The translations under genes were made by a program, and so were the position numbers. From positions 189 to 64,188 of the forward strand of contig JBJMGR010000196.1 in assembly GCA_045807805.1 (NCBI GenBank): 64,000 nucleotides of DNA, in the 5' to 3' direction. This document shows positions 24,882 to 33,849 of the stretch, piece after piece (position 1 is the first letter of the stretch; the number at the start of each line of letters is the position of its first letter). The notes below the pieces were generated by a model. That model was not told the DNA's origin. It saw nothing but the letters and a program-made list of their open reading frames with translations, and searched no databases. The DNA is from Pyrinomonadaceae bacterium. Its GTDB lineage: Bacteria; Acidobacteriota; Blastocatellia; Pyrinomonadales; Pyrinomonadaceae.

Positions 24882-25092
24882 TCCTCCTTGAGCAGATCAA
24901 CTCGAATTAGAACGGGAGAGCCGTTAAACTCGCCATACACGCTGCCCTTTGAGCAAATGCCATTCCGCGTAGTGCACAGGCCGCGACAAAGGCAAAAGGC
25001 TCGAAAAACCTTGAATCCGCGCTAAAATCGCGCGCCCCGCTCGACGTAAGGATGAAGAGAAACCGTCGCCCAGCGTACGGATTTCATCCGAA

Positions 25093-25268
25093 GCATTCAG
25101 CACTCAGCATTCAGCGGTCAGCTATCAGCCAGACCCTCTTCGCGCACTTTGCGCCTACTTTGCGAGCTTTGCGGTTAAGTGCGTTTCTCATAACCGCGAA
25201 GGGCACGGAGTAGTCGCGAAAGGCACAAAGGATTCAAAGCTGAAAGCTGAGTGCTGAGTGCTGAATGC
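25093..25268. repeat. heptamer-periodic hairpin element, ATTCAGC/ACTCAGC word class, with an inner imperfect hairpin
   Basis: Left arm gcattcagcactcagcattcagcggtcagctatcagcc (25093-25130) pairs with right arm gctgaaagctgagtgctgagtgctgaatgc (25239-25268). A second imperfect inverted repeat rich in CTTTGCG lies inside. Confidence 0.8.
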
Positions 25269-25311
25269 TCTTAAATTGACCTCGTTCGAGCGCTCTCGCA
25301 TAATCGCTCGC

Positions 25312-26256
25312 ATGACGACGGCGATAATTCATCACCCTGCCTTCGAGCAGCACGACACGGGCGAGGGCCACCCCGAAAGCCCGGAGCGTTACAGCGTAGT
25401 CTTGAAGGCGCTTCGCGGCGACGCGGAGCTTTGGCCCCGGCTCAAAGAGGTCTTGGCCGAGCAAGCGCCGCGCGGAGTCGTGCAGGCCGCACACACGCCG
25501 CAGCACTTCAAGCACGTCGAGCGCGCGGTCAGCGAAGGCTTGGGCTACCTCGACGCGGACACGGTCGTCTCGATGAAGTCTTTAGAAGCGGCGCTGCGCG
25601 CGGCGGGCGGCGCGTGCAAGGCCGTGGAGATGGTCATGACGGGCGAGGCGTCGAACGCGTTCGTGCCCGCGCGCCCGCCCGGCCACCACGCAACGTCGGA
25701 GCGCGCGATGGGCTTCTGCCTCTTCAACACTGCGGCCATCGCCGCGCGCTACGCGCAGCGCAACTACAAGGAGGTCGAGCGCGTCGCCGTGCTCGACTGG
25801 GACGTGCACCACGGAAACGGCACGCAGGGCATCTTCTACGACGACCCTTCGGTCTTCTTCTTCTCGGCCCATCAATATCCGTGGTATCCGGGCTCGGGCA
25901 CGCGCGGCGAGACGGGCGTCGGGCGCGGGCGCGGCTACACGCTGAACGTGCCGCTTCGCGCGCGCACGCCCGCCTCCGAGCACCGCCGCACGTTCGAGAC
26001 CGCGCTCGAAGAGATAGGAGCGAAGTTCCGTCCAGACCTCGTCATCATCTCCGCGGGCTTCGACTCGCACGCGGACGATCCCTTGGGCCAACTCATGCTC
26101 GAAGATGAAGACTTCGTCTCGCTGACGCGCACGGTGAAGAGTTGGGCGCGCGACGCGTGCGCGGGCCGCGTCGTCTCTTGTCTCGAAGGCGGCTACAACC
26201 TCTCGACGCTCGGCGCGACGGTCGCCGCGCACGTGCGCGCGCTCGCCGAAGACTGA
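25312..26256 (+). CDS. histone deacetylase-family (class II HDAC/AcuC-like) deacetylase
   Basis: Motifs seen: RPPGHHA....MGFCLFN and LDWDVHHGNGTQ..F, with a GGYN-type C-terminus. I take the start at ATG 25312 (MTTAIIHHPAF) because the track start at 25258 lies inside the hairpin arm. Confidence 0.85.
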   Translation: MTTAIIHHPAFEQHDTGEGHPESPERYSVVLKALRGDAELWPRLKEVLAEQAPRGVVQAAHTPQHFKHVERAVSEGLGYLDADTVVSMKSLEAALRAAGGACKAVEMVMTGEASNAFVPARPPGHHATSERAMGFCLFNTAAIAARYAQRNYKEVERVAVLDWDVHHGNGTQGIFYDDPSVFFFSAHQYPWYPGSGTRGETGVGRGRGYTLNVPLRARTPASEHRRTFETALEEIGAKFRPDLVIISAGFDSHADDPLGQLMLEDEDFVSLTRTVKSWARDACAGRVVSCLEGGYNLSTLGATVAAHVRALAED

Positions 26257-26267
26257 GAGAAGGAATA

Positions 26268-26344
26268 GTTACAAGTTCAAAGTTGCAGGTTCAGAGTTAG
26301 AAGGCAGGCTCTTAACTTTGAACCTGCAACTTTGAACTTGTAAC
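26268..26344. repeat. CAAAGTT-class heptamer hairpin element (copy 1)
   Basis: gttacaagttcaaagttgcaggttcagagtt - loop agaaggcaggctct - taactttgaacctgcaactttgaacttgtaac. Confidence 0.85.
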
Positions 26345-26421
26345 TTCCGCGGCGGTAGTTCTGAAACACCTCGCGGCGTTGCGGCGTAAAAGGTGGGACG
26401 AGAGGCCGGAAGGGGAGTTTG

Positions 26422-28773
26422 ATGAAGGGGAAGCTTCATTCCGCGTCGGAGCGCGCGGCCGACGCGTTCGCGAGCGCGAGAGAGTGGACGCGGCGAGTGA
26501 TTCCGCGCGTGGCCGTGGCCGCGGGCGTGCTCTATATTCTGCGTCTGCTCCTGCGCAACACCGCTGTCTATCGTGACACGCCGCTCGGGCTCATAGGCCC
26601 GCTCACGTTCATCGCCGTCTGCACAGTCCTCGTCTACTACGGACTCAAAATCCTCGTCCGACTCAAGCGAAAGCTCCTCTGGCGCGTGCGCCGCCGACTC
26701 ATCATCACGTATCTCTTCGTCGGGCTCACTCCAGTCGTACTCCTTCTACTGCTCGGCGGCATCGCCGCGACGGGCGGCTCTTCGCAGGCGATGGTGCGTG
26801 TTGTCACGGTGCAGCTAGAGGCGACCGAGCGGCAGACGCTTGAGAGCGCACGCTCGACGGCCGACGGACTGCTCGCGCTGCCGACGAACGCGAACGAGCG
26901 CGCGGCGCAGACCTGGCTCGACGAGCGCGCGTCGCTACTTCAGACGACGCTCCCCGGCGCGCGCGTCTCGGCATGGCGGGCTACGGACGCCGATGAGGTC
27001 AACGCGGCGCGACTCGGCGAAGACGCGACGGCGCAGCTCGCGAGCGCGGCCGTTAACGAAGAGACTCGCGGCGTCGGCTCAGACTCGGGCGACGCGCGCG
27101 AGACTCTGCCGCACTGGCTCGCGGGATTCTCTGAATGGAGCGGGCTCGCGTACATGCCGCCGCCCGCCGAGTCGCAGAGCGCGTTCGGCACTCCTTCGGT
27201 GCGCGCGCTCGTGCGTCGCGTGTCGGGCGGGCGCGCGGTCACGGTGCTCGTCACGGTACCGGTCAGCCGCGCCCTCATCAAACGCCTGCGCGAGACGACC
27301 GGAGTCACAATCCGCCCCTTCTTCATCGGCACGAACGCGGCGCAGACGCGCGGCCGGGGCGGCGTGCAGTATCAACTCCGCGACGATAACGGCATTGGCC
27401 GCGAGGCGCGCGAGAAGGCGCAGAGCGGGCCTGACAAGGTCGTTGACTTCGACCGCGACCAGTTCGGCGAGGAGATACCTAAAATCTCCACTTGGAATAT
27501 TCCGTTCCCGGTCTTCATGCCCGCGACCGATTGGACGACCGGCGTTCAGACGCCGCAGTGGTCTTTCGTCGTCGACTGGTCTTGGACTGAGGGCGGCAAG
27601 CAGTTCTGGAGCAACGCCGTGCTCGGCCCCGTCTGGTGGCAGGGTCTGTACAGCGTCGCCATCGCGTTCCTCGTCCTCGAAATACTCGCGCTGCTCTCGG
27701 CCGGTTGGATGACGCGCGCCGTGACGGGCACGGTGCACAAGTTATACCGCGCGACCGAGTCAGTTCAGCGCGGCGACTTCTCGCACCGCATACGCACGCG
27801 CTCGCGCGACCAGTTGGGCGAACTCGCCGTCGCCTTCAACGATATGTCGGCCAACATCGAGACGCTCCTTGCCGAGCGCGTCGAGCACGAGTGGTTAAAG
27901 CGCGAGATAGAGATCGCCCACGAAGTTCAGGCGCAGCTCTTCCCGCGCACGACGCCCGTACTTTCGACCGCGGAGATAACGGGCGAGTGCCGCGCCGCGC
28001 TCGGCGTCGCGGGCGACTACTACGACTATATAGAGGTCGCGCCCGGCCTCATCGCCTTCACGCTCGGCGACGTGTCGGGCAAAGGGATTTCGGCCTCGCT
28101 CGTGATGTCGAACTTGCAGGCGGCGCTTCGCGCGCAGGCCGAGACCGTCGCCGAGCGCATGAGGCTCGCGGGCGATAGTGCGGCGGCCGCCGCGCTCACG
28201 GGCGGGAAGAGTGCAGCGGCCGCCGCCTCGACTTCGAGCGACGGCGGGCAGACTTTAGACTCCGCGCTCGCGGGGCGCGACGGCGAAGGCGCGCGAGAGG
28301 TCGCGCGCATGACCGTGAGCATCAACGAGCAACTCTGCCGCGCGACCGACTCGAACCGCTTCGCGACGCTCTTCCTCGCGCTCTACGACGACCGCACGCG
28401 CACGCTTCGTTACACGAACGCGGGCCACAATGCGCCCGTGCTCGTGCGCGCGGACGGCACCGTCGAGCGCCTGACGATGGGCGGCATCGTCGTCGGCGCG
28501 TTCCCGTCGGTCGTCTTTGAAGAGGGGCGCACCACGCTCGGCGCGGGCGACCTGCTCGTGCTCTTCTCCGACGGAGTCACCGAAGCGCAGAGCGCCACGG
28601 GAGAGGAGTACGGCGAAGGGAAGTTCGCCTCCTTCGTCGCCGCGCGCCGCGACGACACGGCGAGCAGCCTGCGCCGCGCAATCTTTGAAGAGATAGACCG
28701 CTGGTCGGGCGACGCTGAACGCGGCGACGACCAGACGCTCGTGATTCTGAAGGCCGTGAACCGTGAACCGTAA
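26422..28773 (+). CDS. membrane sensor with HAMP domain and PP2C/SpoIIE-type serine phosphatase domain (RsbU-like)
   Basis: TM segments flank a roughly 300-aa extracytoplasmic region. HAMP domain: RGDFSHRIRTRSRDQLGELAVAFNDMSANIETL. PP2C domain: GDYYDYIEV..G..AFTLGDVSGKGISASLVMS ... LFSDGVTEA ... DDQTLVILK. Confidence 0.85.
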   Translation: MKGKLHSASERAADAFASAREWTRRVIPRVAVAAGVLYILRLLLRNTAVYRDTPLGLIGPLTFIAVCTVLVYYGLKILVRLKRKLLWRVRRRLIITYLFVGLTPVVLLLLLGGIAATGGSSQAMVRVVTVQLEATERQTLESARSTADGLLALPTNANERAAQTWLDERASLLQTTLPGARVSAWRATDADEVNAARLGEDATAQLASAAVNEETRGVGSDSGDARETLPHWLAGFSEWSGLAYMPPPAESQSAFGTPSVRALVRRVSGGRAVTVLVTVPVSRALIKRLRETTGVTIRPFFIGTNAAQTRGRGGVQYQLRDDNGIGREAREKAQSGPDKVVDFDRDQFGEEIPKISTWNIPFPVFMPATDWTTGVQTPQWSFVVDWSWTEGGKQFWSNAVLGPVWWQGLYSVAIAFLVLEILALLSAGWMTRAVTGTVHKLYRATESVQRGDFSHRIRTRSRDQLGELAVAFNDMSANIETLLAERVEHEWLKREIEIAHEVQAQLFPRTTPVLSTAEITGECRAALGVAGDYYDYIEVAPGLIAFTLGDVSGKGISASLVMSNLQAALRAQAETVAERMRLAGDSAAAAALTGGKSAAAAASTSSDGGQTLDSALAGRDGEGAREVARMTVSINEQLCRATDSNRFATLFLALYDDRTRTLRYTNAGHNAPVLVRADGTVERLTMGGIVVGAFPSVVFEEGRTTLGAGDLLVLFSDGVTEAQSATGEEYGEGKFASFVAARRDDTASSLRRAIFEEIDRWSGDAERGDDQTLVILKAVNREP

Positions 28774-29718
28774 ACCGTGACGAGATAATGCCGTGATGAT
28801 GACGGCGCGGGCTCCGTTGAGTTCGGTGAAGTCTTTGGTGTAGATGGTGCCGACGCGGCGAAGGTCGCGTATGGCCTCGACGAGTTCTTCGGTCGAGAGG
28901 AGTCCGTTGTCGGCGTGCGCGACGGCCCACGCGGGGACGTGCGAGGCCGCGTCGAGTAGTTCCGAGACGTGTCGTAGGTACTGGCGGCGCGCCTCCGCAC
29001 GCGCGCCGAGGCGTCCTTCGCGCGAGCGCTCGAAGTCGTCCCAGAACTCTCCGTCGCCGCGCACCCATTCTTCACGCCAGGCCCATTGAGACGAATACGC
29101 GGGGCCGCGTGAGGGGCGCGGCAGGCGCAGGAATAGAAGCTCGGCCTGCTCGCGCGCGAGAAAGTCGCGTGCGTCTTTGTTTGCGGCGACGTTCTGCTGG
29201 CGGTTGTCGAAGGGCGCGGGCGCGGTGTCCCAGAGGCGTTGGTAGACGCGGCTCAAGGGCTGTCGAAGCTCGCGCGTCTCTTCGTCGAAGGAGAGCGCGT
29301 AGTCGCCCGTCATCATGCCGAGGTCGAGTGCGAGAGCGCGCTTCGCGGGCGAGTCGAGGTTCTCAACGTTCGCGCGGACGTTGTCGAACCACCACGCATC
29401 GGTCTCACCGAACCAGCGGCGCAAGGAAGGGTTGTGCAGGCGATGTCGCGGCACGTACGCGTCTTCGAGCACGGCGTGAACGTCCTCGACGCTCAGGCGC
29501 TCCGTGTTGTTCTCGACGCGCGACTGAGCGCGCAAGTGTGCCCATCGCGCCGAGTCGTTGGCGGCGACGCGCACGCCCCAGCGCTTCAGGTAGCGTGCCG
29601 TGTCGGACTCGCCCGTGAAGGGAAGTGCCACCGAGCGGAACTGTAGCCGCCGAAGTATGCTCAGCTCGAACGCGAGCCAGCCTTCGGGGAGAGAGTCGGA
29701 AAAGTTGCTCAACATCAT
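28255..29718 (-). CDS. hypothetical protein with weak resemblance to the D12-class (Dam-like) methyltransferase layout; C-terminal extent doubtful
   Basis: The N-terminal ~310 aa look like a real protein (W/D/E-rich; LPFTGESD at about aa 33; LFLRLPRP at about aa 198; AVAHADNG). The last ~170 aa are Arg/Ala-rich and lie antisense to the 3' end of the phosphatase gene (overlap 28255-28773), so the annotated end may be an artefact of a lost stop codon. Confidence 0.45.
   Translation of the reverse strand: MMLSNFSDSLPEGWLAFELSILRRLQFRSVALPFTGESDTARYLKRWGVRVAANDSARWAHLRAQSRVENNTERLSVEDVHAVLEDAYVPRHRLHNPSLRRWFGETDAWWFDNVRANVENLDSPAKRALALDLGMMTGDYALSFDEETRELRQPLSRVYQRLWDTAPAPFDNRQQNVAANKDARDFLAREQAELLFLRLPRPSRGPAYSSQWAWREEWVRGDGEFWDDFERSREGRLGARAEARRQYLRHVSELLDAASHVPAWAVAHADNGLLSTEELVEAIRDLRRVGTIYTKDFTELNGARAVIITALSRHGLRFTVHGLQNHERLVVAAFSVARPAVYLFKDCAAQAARRVVAARGDEGGELPFAVLLSRGALRFGDSVGEEHEQVARAERGAPLFKDDRRERADDDAAHRQALDGAVRAHEHGRIVARVRVTKRARAVVVEREEERREAVRVGRAAELLVDAHGHARDLSRAFAVAPRERGV
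28753..28780. repeat. solo arm of a heptamer element (ACCGTGA words) spanning the stop codon of the phosphatase gene
   Basis: gccgtga accgtga accgtaa accgtga. No complementary arm is found nearby. Confidence 0.7.
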
Positions 29719-29736
29719 CGGTCCAGTCAGTTCTGG

Positions 29737-30516
29737 CTACTGATTCTCGGGCTCGGACGCGCCCGCGTGCGCGACCTCGGCCACATCCGCGTCCGGCGCT
29801 TCGACGACCGCGGCATTCTCTTCAACGACAGCGGCGTCCTCTTTAACCACCCCGGTATCCGCTTCGACGACCGAGGCGTCAGCCCTCGTCTCCTCTACCT
29901 CGGGCAGAGGCGCGCGCGTGTAGGCGCGTAGCTCGGGCAGGGCTTCGAGCGAGAGCAGGGCGCTGACGACGCGCGGGTCGAACTCCAGACCGGCCCAGAG
30001 CGTGAGGTGCTTGCGCGCCTCTGCCTCCGTTCCCGCGGGGCGGAACGGGCGCGCGTCCGTGAGCGCGGCGTACGCGTCGGCCGCGCGAAGTATGCGCGCG
30101 CCGAGCGGAATCTGCTCGCCGCGCAGAGCGTCGGGGTAGCCCGAGCCATCCCACCACTCCTGATGCCATCGCACGAGAAGTTGTACGGCGCGGTCTGCGC
30201 TCGCGCGCGCGGCCTCCTGCTCGCCTATCACGGGATGGCGCTGAAGGTCTGCGCGCTCGGCGCTGTTGAGCGGCCCTGCGCGCCCGATGTAGTCGCGCCT
30301 CATCGTCATCTCGCCAACGTCGTGGAGCAGCGCGGCGAAGACGATTGAGGTGCGGTCGGCGCGCGACAGACGGAAGCGCGCGGCCAGCGCGTCGGCGATG
30401 CGTGCGATGCGCGAGGCGTGCGGGTTCTTGTAAGCCTCGAACTCGTCGGCCGCCTCAGCAAGCTTCCTGAACGACTCGCCCGCGGCGCGGTCGCCCTCTG
30501 CCAACTCGATGTTCAT
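29737..30516 (-). CDS. HD-GYP domain protein (putative c-di-GMP phosphodiesterase)
   Basis: Motifs AALLHDVGEM and HQEWWDGSGYPD are present. The C-terminal tail is made of 7-aa repeats (DASVVEA DTGVVKE DAAVVEE NAAVVEA). Confidence 0.85.
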   Translation of the reverse strand: MNIELAEGDRAAGESFRKLAEAADEFEAYKNPHASRIARIADALAARFRLSRADRTSIVFAALLHDVGEMTMRRDYIGRAGPLNSAERADLQRHPVIGEQEAARASADRAVQLLVRWHQEWWDGSGYPDALRGEQIPLGARILRAADAYAALTDARPFRPAGTEAEARKHLTLWAGLEFDPRVVSALLSLEALPELRAYTRAPLPEVEETRADASVVEADTGVVKEDAAVVEENAAVVEAPDADVAEVAHAGASEPENQ

Positions 30517-30520
30517 AGAG

Positions 30521-30620
30521 GTCAGAGTTTAAGGTTCAAAGGGCAAAAGTTCAAAGGTCAAAGCTACAAGTTCAAAGTCGGGAGGCGGATTCTTAAACTT
30601 TGAACTTTGACCTTGCAACT
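30521..30620. repeat. CAAAGTT-class heptamer hairpin element (copy 2, degenerate left arm)
   Basis: ...caaaagttcaaaggtcaaagctacaagttcaaagt - loop cgggaggcggattct - taaactttgaactttgaccttgcaact. It fills the gap between the HD-GYP start and the DnaJ-protein stop. Confidence 0.8.
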
Positions 30621-30626
30621 CGGGGA

Positions 30627-32270
30627 TTAAGCGTCCGCGCGTCTCAGTGCTTCTAACAACGCGCGTGCTTCGGCGTTCGTCGGTTCCAGTGTGATAGCGC
30701 GTTCGAGCTGCGCCTCGGCCTTGCGTCGAAGTCCCACATCCCGGTAAAGCTCCGCGAGCATGACGCGGAATGACGCGTCGAGCGCATCGAGCGAGACGGC
30801 CGCGAGCAGTTCAGTCTCGGCCTGCCTGCGCGTTGCCTTGTCGCGCGCGAGCGCGCGGCCGAAGTGTGCGCGGTAGCGTGCGCGACGCGGGTCGAGTCGC
30901 GCCGCTTCGCCGAAGAGAATCCTCGCCGCCACGAACTCCTTCTTCCCGTACGCGGCCAGCCCTTGACGGAACTTCTGTTCCGCCTCTTCATTCTTCGACT
31001 GCTCCGACTGCGCGTCGCCCGCCGTCGCCGACGCGTCCCCGCGCTCCGCGCTCGCGTCGGTGTTCGCACGCGGCGCTTCAGTGCGCGGCGGCGTGTCTGT
31101 GCGCGTCGAGTCTTGATGCGCGTCCGCGTCGCGGCTCTTCGACGACGAGCGCATCTTTTCAATCTTGAGGTCGTAAGAGGCTCGCAGTTGCGAGTCCTTC
31201 AGCACGTCGTATGCTTGCGCGATCTTCGCGAAGGCGGCGTCTATGCGCTGCTGCTCGTCCGCGTCGGCGGCGCGACGGAGGCGATCCGGGTGCAGTCGTC
31301 GCGCGAGCGAGTAGTAAGCGCGCTTTACGTCGGCGGTCGTGGACGAGCGCGTGACGCCGAGCAGGGCGTAGTGAGTCTCGCCGAGCGCGAGCGCGAGTAG
31401 CTCTTTCATCAACTCACGCGGGTCTGCCTCCGCGCCCGCGTGCGCGGACGCCTCCGGTGCTTCGGGCTCGCCCGCGGACGACTCTGCCTGCTGCGGCGAC
31501 TCGGCGACGGGCACGCTCGCGACCGGCCGCGCGGCCGTCTGATGCGCCACGTAGGTGGGCATCGCGCGCGGCCAGCGCTCGCGCGTGATGAGCCCGCCGA
31601 GCGCGAGCGCGTAGACGGCGCGGCGCGTCTCGTCTTCGGGTATGCCGCTGACGGCGACGACGTAGCGCAGATTCGTGGGTTCGTAGACGCGCGACATGAC
31701 GAAGCCTTCGGCGGGCGACAGGAGCACGCCCGCCGACTCCAACCTCTCCGAGGCGTCGGGCGCGGGCGCGAGCGTCTCGCCGTCGTTGCCCATCCTACGC
31801 GAGACGACCTCGGGCGCAAGCTCGCGCGCGCCCTCGATTAGATGCTGCGCGAGGTTCGTGGACGTGTGGCGCTCGCCCGCGAGTCTCACGCGCGGGTCGA
31901 AGTTCCACTTGCCCTCGGGCCTGCGCAGGATGTCGCGCAAGACCTCCGCCGTCTGCCGCTCGCGCACACGCCTCAGCGCGGACTCTTCGAGCAGCCCCGC
32001 GCTGAGGAGCGCCGACGCCGCCTCGTCATCCGACGCGCCCTCTCCCGCGATTGCGAAGAGCCGCGCCGCGTCGAGCGCGCCGACCATCAGAAGAATCTGC
32101 GTCAGTCGCAGCGCGCGCAGGTTCGAGACGGCCGCGACGACTTGGCCCGACTCGAAGTAGACGACGGCCTTCACGCGCTCGAACGCGAGGCGCAGAGCGC
32201 CCGACATACGCGCGCCCGAGATTTCGTGTATGAGTTCGACTAGCGGGTGGTCTCTGAGCTGGCCTTCCAT
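30627..32270 (-). CDS. DUF4388 (PatA-like N-terminal) / J-domain / TPR fusion protein
   Basis: N-terminus MEGQLRDHPLVELIHEISGARMSGALRL....KAVVYFESGQVV (DUF4388-like). J-domain HYALLGV.......VKRAYYSLARRLHPDR. C-terminal TPR repeats. The start is taken at ATG 32270; the track ORF extends to 32312. Confidence 0.8.
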   Translation of the reverse strand: MEGQLRDHPLVELIHEISGARMSGALRLAFERVKAVVYFESGQVVAAVSNLRALRLTQILLMVGALDAARLFAIAGEGASDDEAASALLSAGLLEESALRRVRERQTAEVLRDILRRPEGKWNFDPRVRLAGERHTSTNLAQHLIEGARELAPEVVSRRMGNDGETLAPAPDASERLESAGVLLSPAEGFVMSRVYEPTNLRYVVAVSGIPEDETRRAVYALALGGLITRERWPRAMPTYVAHQTAARPVASVPVAESPQQAESSAGEPEAPEASAHAGAEADPRELMKELLALALGETHYALLGVTRSSTTADVKRAYYSLARRLHPDRLRRAADADEQQRIDAAFAKIAQAYDVLKDSQLRASYDLKIEKMRSSSKSRDADAHQDSTRTDTPPRTEAPRANTDASAERGDASATAGDAQSEQSKNEEAEQKFRQGLAAYGKKEFVAARILFGEAARLDPRRARYRAHFGRALARDKATRRQAETELLAAVSLDALDASFRVMLAELYRDVGLRRKAEAQLERAITLEPTNAEARALLEALRRADA

Positions 32271-32436
32271 GAGGAGACGCGGGGCCGCCCTTCGCAACCC
32301 CGCACACATCATACTAGTTGCCGGGGGCTAGAGGCTAGTCTAGCTTTCGAGATAAAAAACGAACATCTTTCTGTCAGCATCCGGACAAAACATTCTCGCG
32401 GCTGCAGGGGGCACGCGGGGCTCACGAAGAGCGTCG

Positions 32437-33849
32437 ATGAATCAGAATTTTAAAACGGAGCAGGGCGCGTCCGGTTCGAGTGCCGAGGGCGGAGTTACGG
32501 CTTTCGCAGCCGAGACCGGGCGCTCGCACGCGTATGAAACGGGCGCGGTCGAGATGCACGCGCTCGGCGCGGAGATCGTCGGCCTGCTGAACGATCAGGC
32601 GTTCGCCGCCGACGAGCCGCGCACAGAGCGCGAGGTCTGCGAGTCGTTCGCGGACATACTCCTGCGCCGCTGGAACCTCTGCTGCGTCGCCATATTTCTG
32701 CGCGACGACGAAGGGCACATGACGCTCTGCGCGAGCTACGGTCACGGCCGCGTTGACGCCGCCGACGCGCGACGCATGTACGAGGCGCTGGCCTCGGAGG
32801 TCGAGCGCACGGGCGAGGAGTTCCGACTAGACGCGGGCGCGACGGATGGCTCTTCGCCCGAGCTTCGAGAGTTGTACGCTCGCGCGGGGATGGCGGGCGC
32901 GGCGGGCGTGCCGATAAACGTCGGGGATGTGGTGTCGGGCGTCGTAGTAGTCGCGTCGGAGGACGCGAGCCGTCTGGGCGGGTCGCTCTCGGGCGTGCGC
33001 TGCGTCGGACAGGCGGTCGTCATCGCTCTCGGCAACGCGCGGCGCGCCAAGGCGATGAACGAGCAGCGGCGACGCATCGAGTCGCTCGTCGAAGAGCTTC
33101 GCAGCCGCACGGCCGAACTTGAAGGCGCGAACCTTGAGTTGCAGCGCGTCGGCCGTTATCGCTCGCTCTTTCTCGAACGCATGTCACACGAGCTACGCAC
33201 GCCGCTCACGTCCATCCTCGGCTTCGCGGAGATAATGATTGATCAGGAGGACTTGACCGATACGCAGCGACGCTTCTGCGGAAAGATTCAGTCCTCCGGC
33301 TTCCAACTTCAGGCGAGCCTGAATCAACTCGTAGACCTCTCGCGTCTCGAAGCGGGGAAGACCGAGCTGTTCCTCCACGAGTTCTCTCTGCGCGAGACTC
33401 TGCGCGAGTCTTGCGCGGCCGTCTCGCGTCTGGCGCAGAAGCAGGAAGTGAAGCTCGACTGCGTGACCGAGCCTTCGGTCGTCGGCATCGTCTCGGACGA
33501 GGGAAAGCTGCGGCAGGTGCTCTACAACTTCCTCGCCTTCGCCATCGGCCGGAGCCCCGCGGGCGGCTCTGTTCGCGTTCACACCGCCTCGAAAGAGGGC
33601 GCGTGCGTCTGCGTAGAGATAACCGACGAGGGTAAGCCGCTCGAAGACCCCGCGCGCCTCTTCGAGCCCGTGGACATTGACGCGCCGAATGAGCGCGGCA
33701 CGAACATGAACGAGCTTGGCCTCGTCATCGCGCACAGACTCCTCGGCGTGCTCGGCGGCGAAGTTTCTCTGCACGACCTGGACCCCGCGGGCCTCTCCAT
33801 TCACCTCAACCTCCCCGCGCGCCCGACGAAGAACGGAAGGCAGAAGTAA
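32437..33849 (+). CDS. GAF-domain sensor histidine kinase
   Basis: HisKA H-box FLERMSHELRTPLTSILGFAE. HATPase_c N/G boxes (LRQVLYNFLAFAI; ELGLVIAHRLLGVLGG). N-terminal GAF-like region and a coiled-coil linker. Confidence 0.85.
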   Translation: MNQNFKTEQGASGSSAEGGVTAFAAETGRSHAYETGAVEMHALGAEIVGLLNDQAFAADEPRTEREVCESFADILLRRWNLCCVAIFLRDDEGHMTLCASYGHGRVDAADARRMYEALASEVERTGEEFRLDAGATDGSSPELRELYARAGMAGAAGVPINVGDVVSGVVVVASEDASRLGGSLSGVRCVGQAVVIALGNARRAKAMNEQRRRIESLVEELRSRTAELEGANLELQRVGRYRSLFLERMSHELRTPLTSILGFAEIMIDQEDLTDTQRRFCGKIQSSGFQLQASLNQLVDLSRLEAGKTELFLHEFSLRETLRESCAAVSRLAQKQEVKLDCVTEPSVVGIVSDEGKLRQVLYNFLAFAIGRSPAGGSVRVHTASKEGACVCVEITDEGKPLEDPARLFEPVDIDAPNERGTNMNELGLVIAHRLLGVLGGEVSLHDLDPAGLSIHLNLPARPTKNGRQK

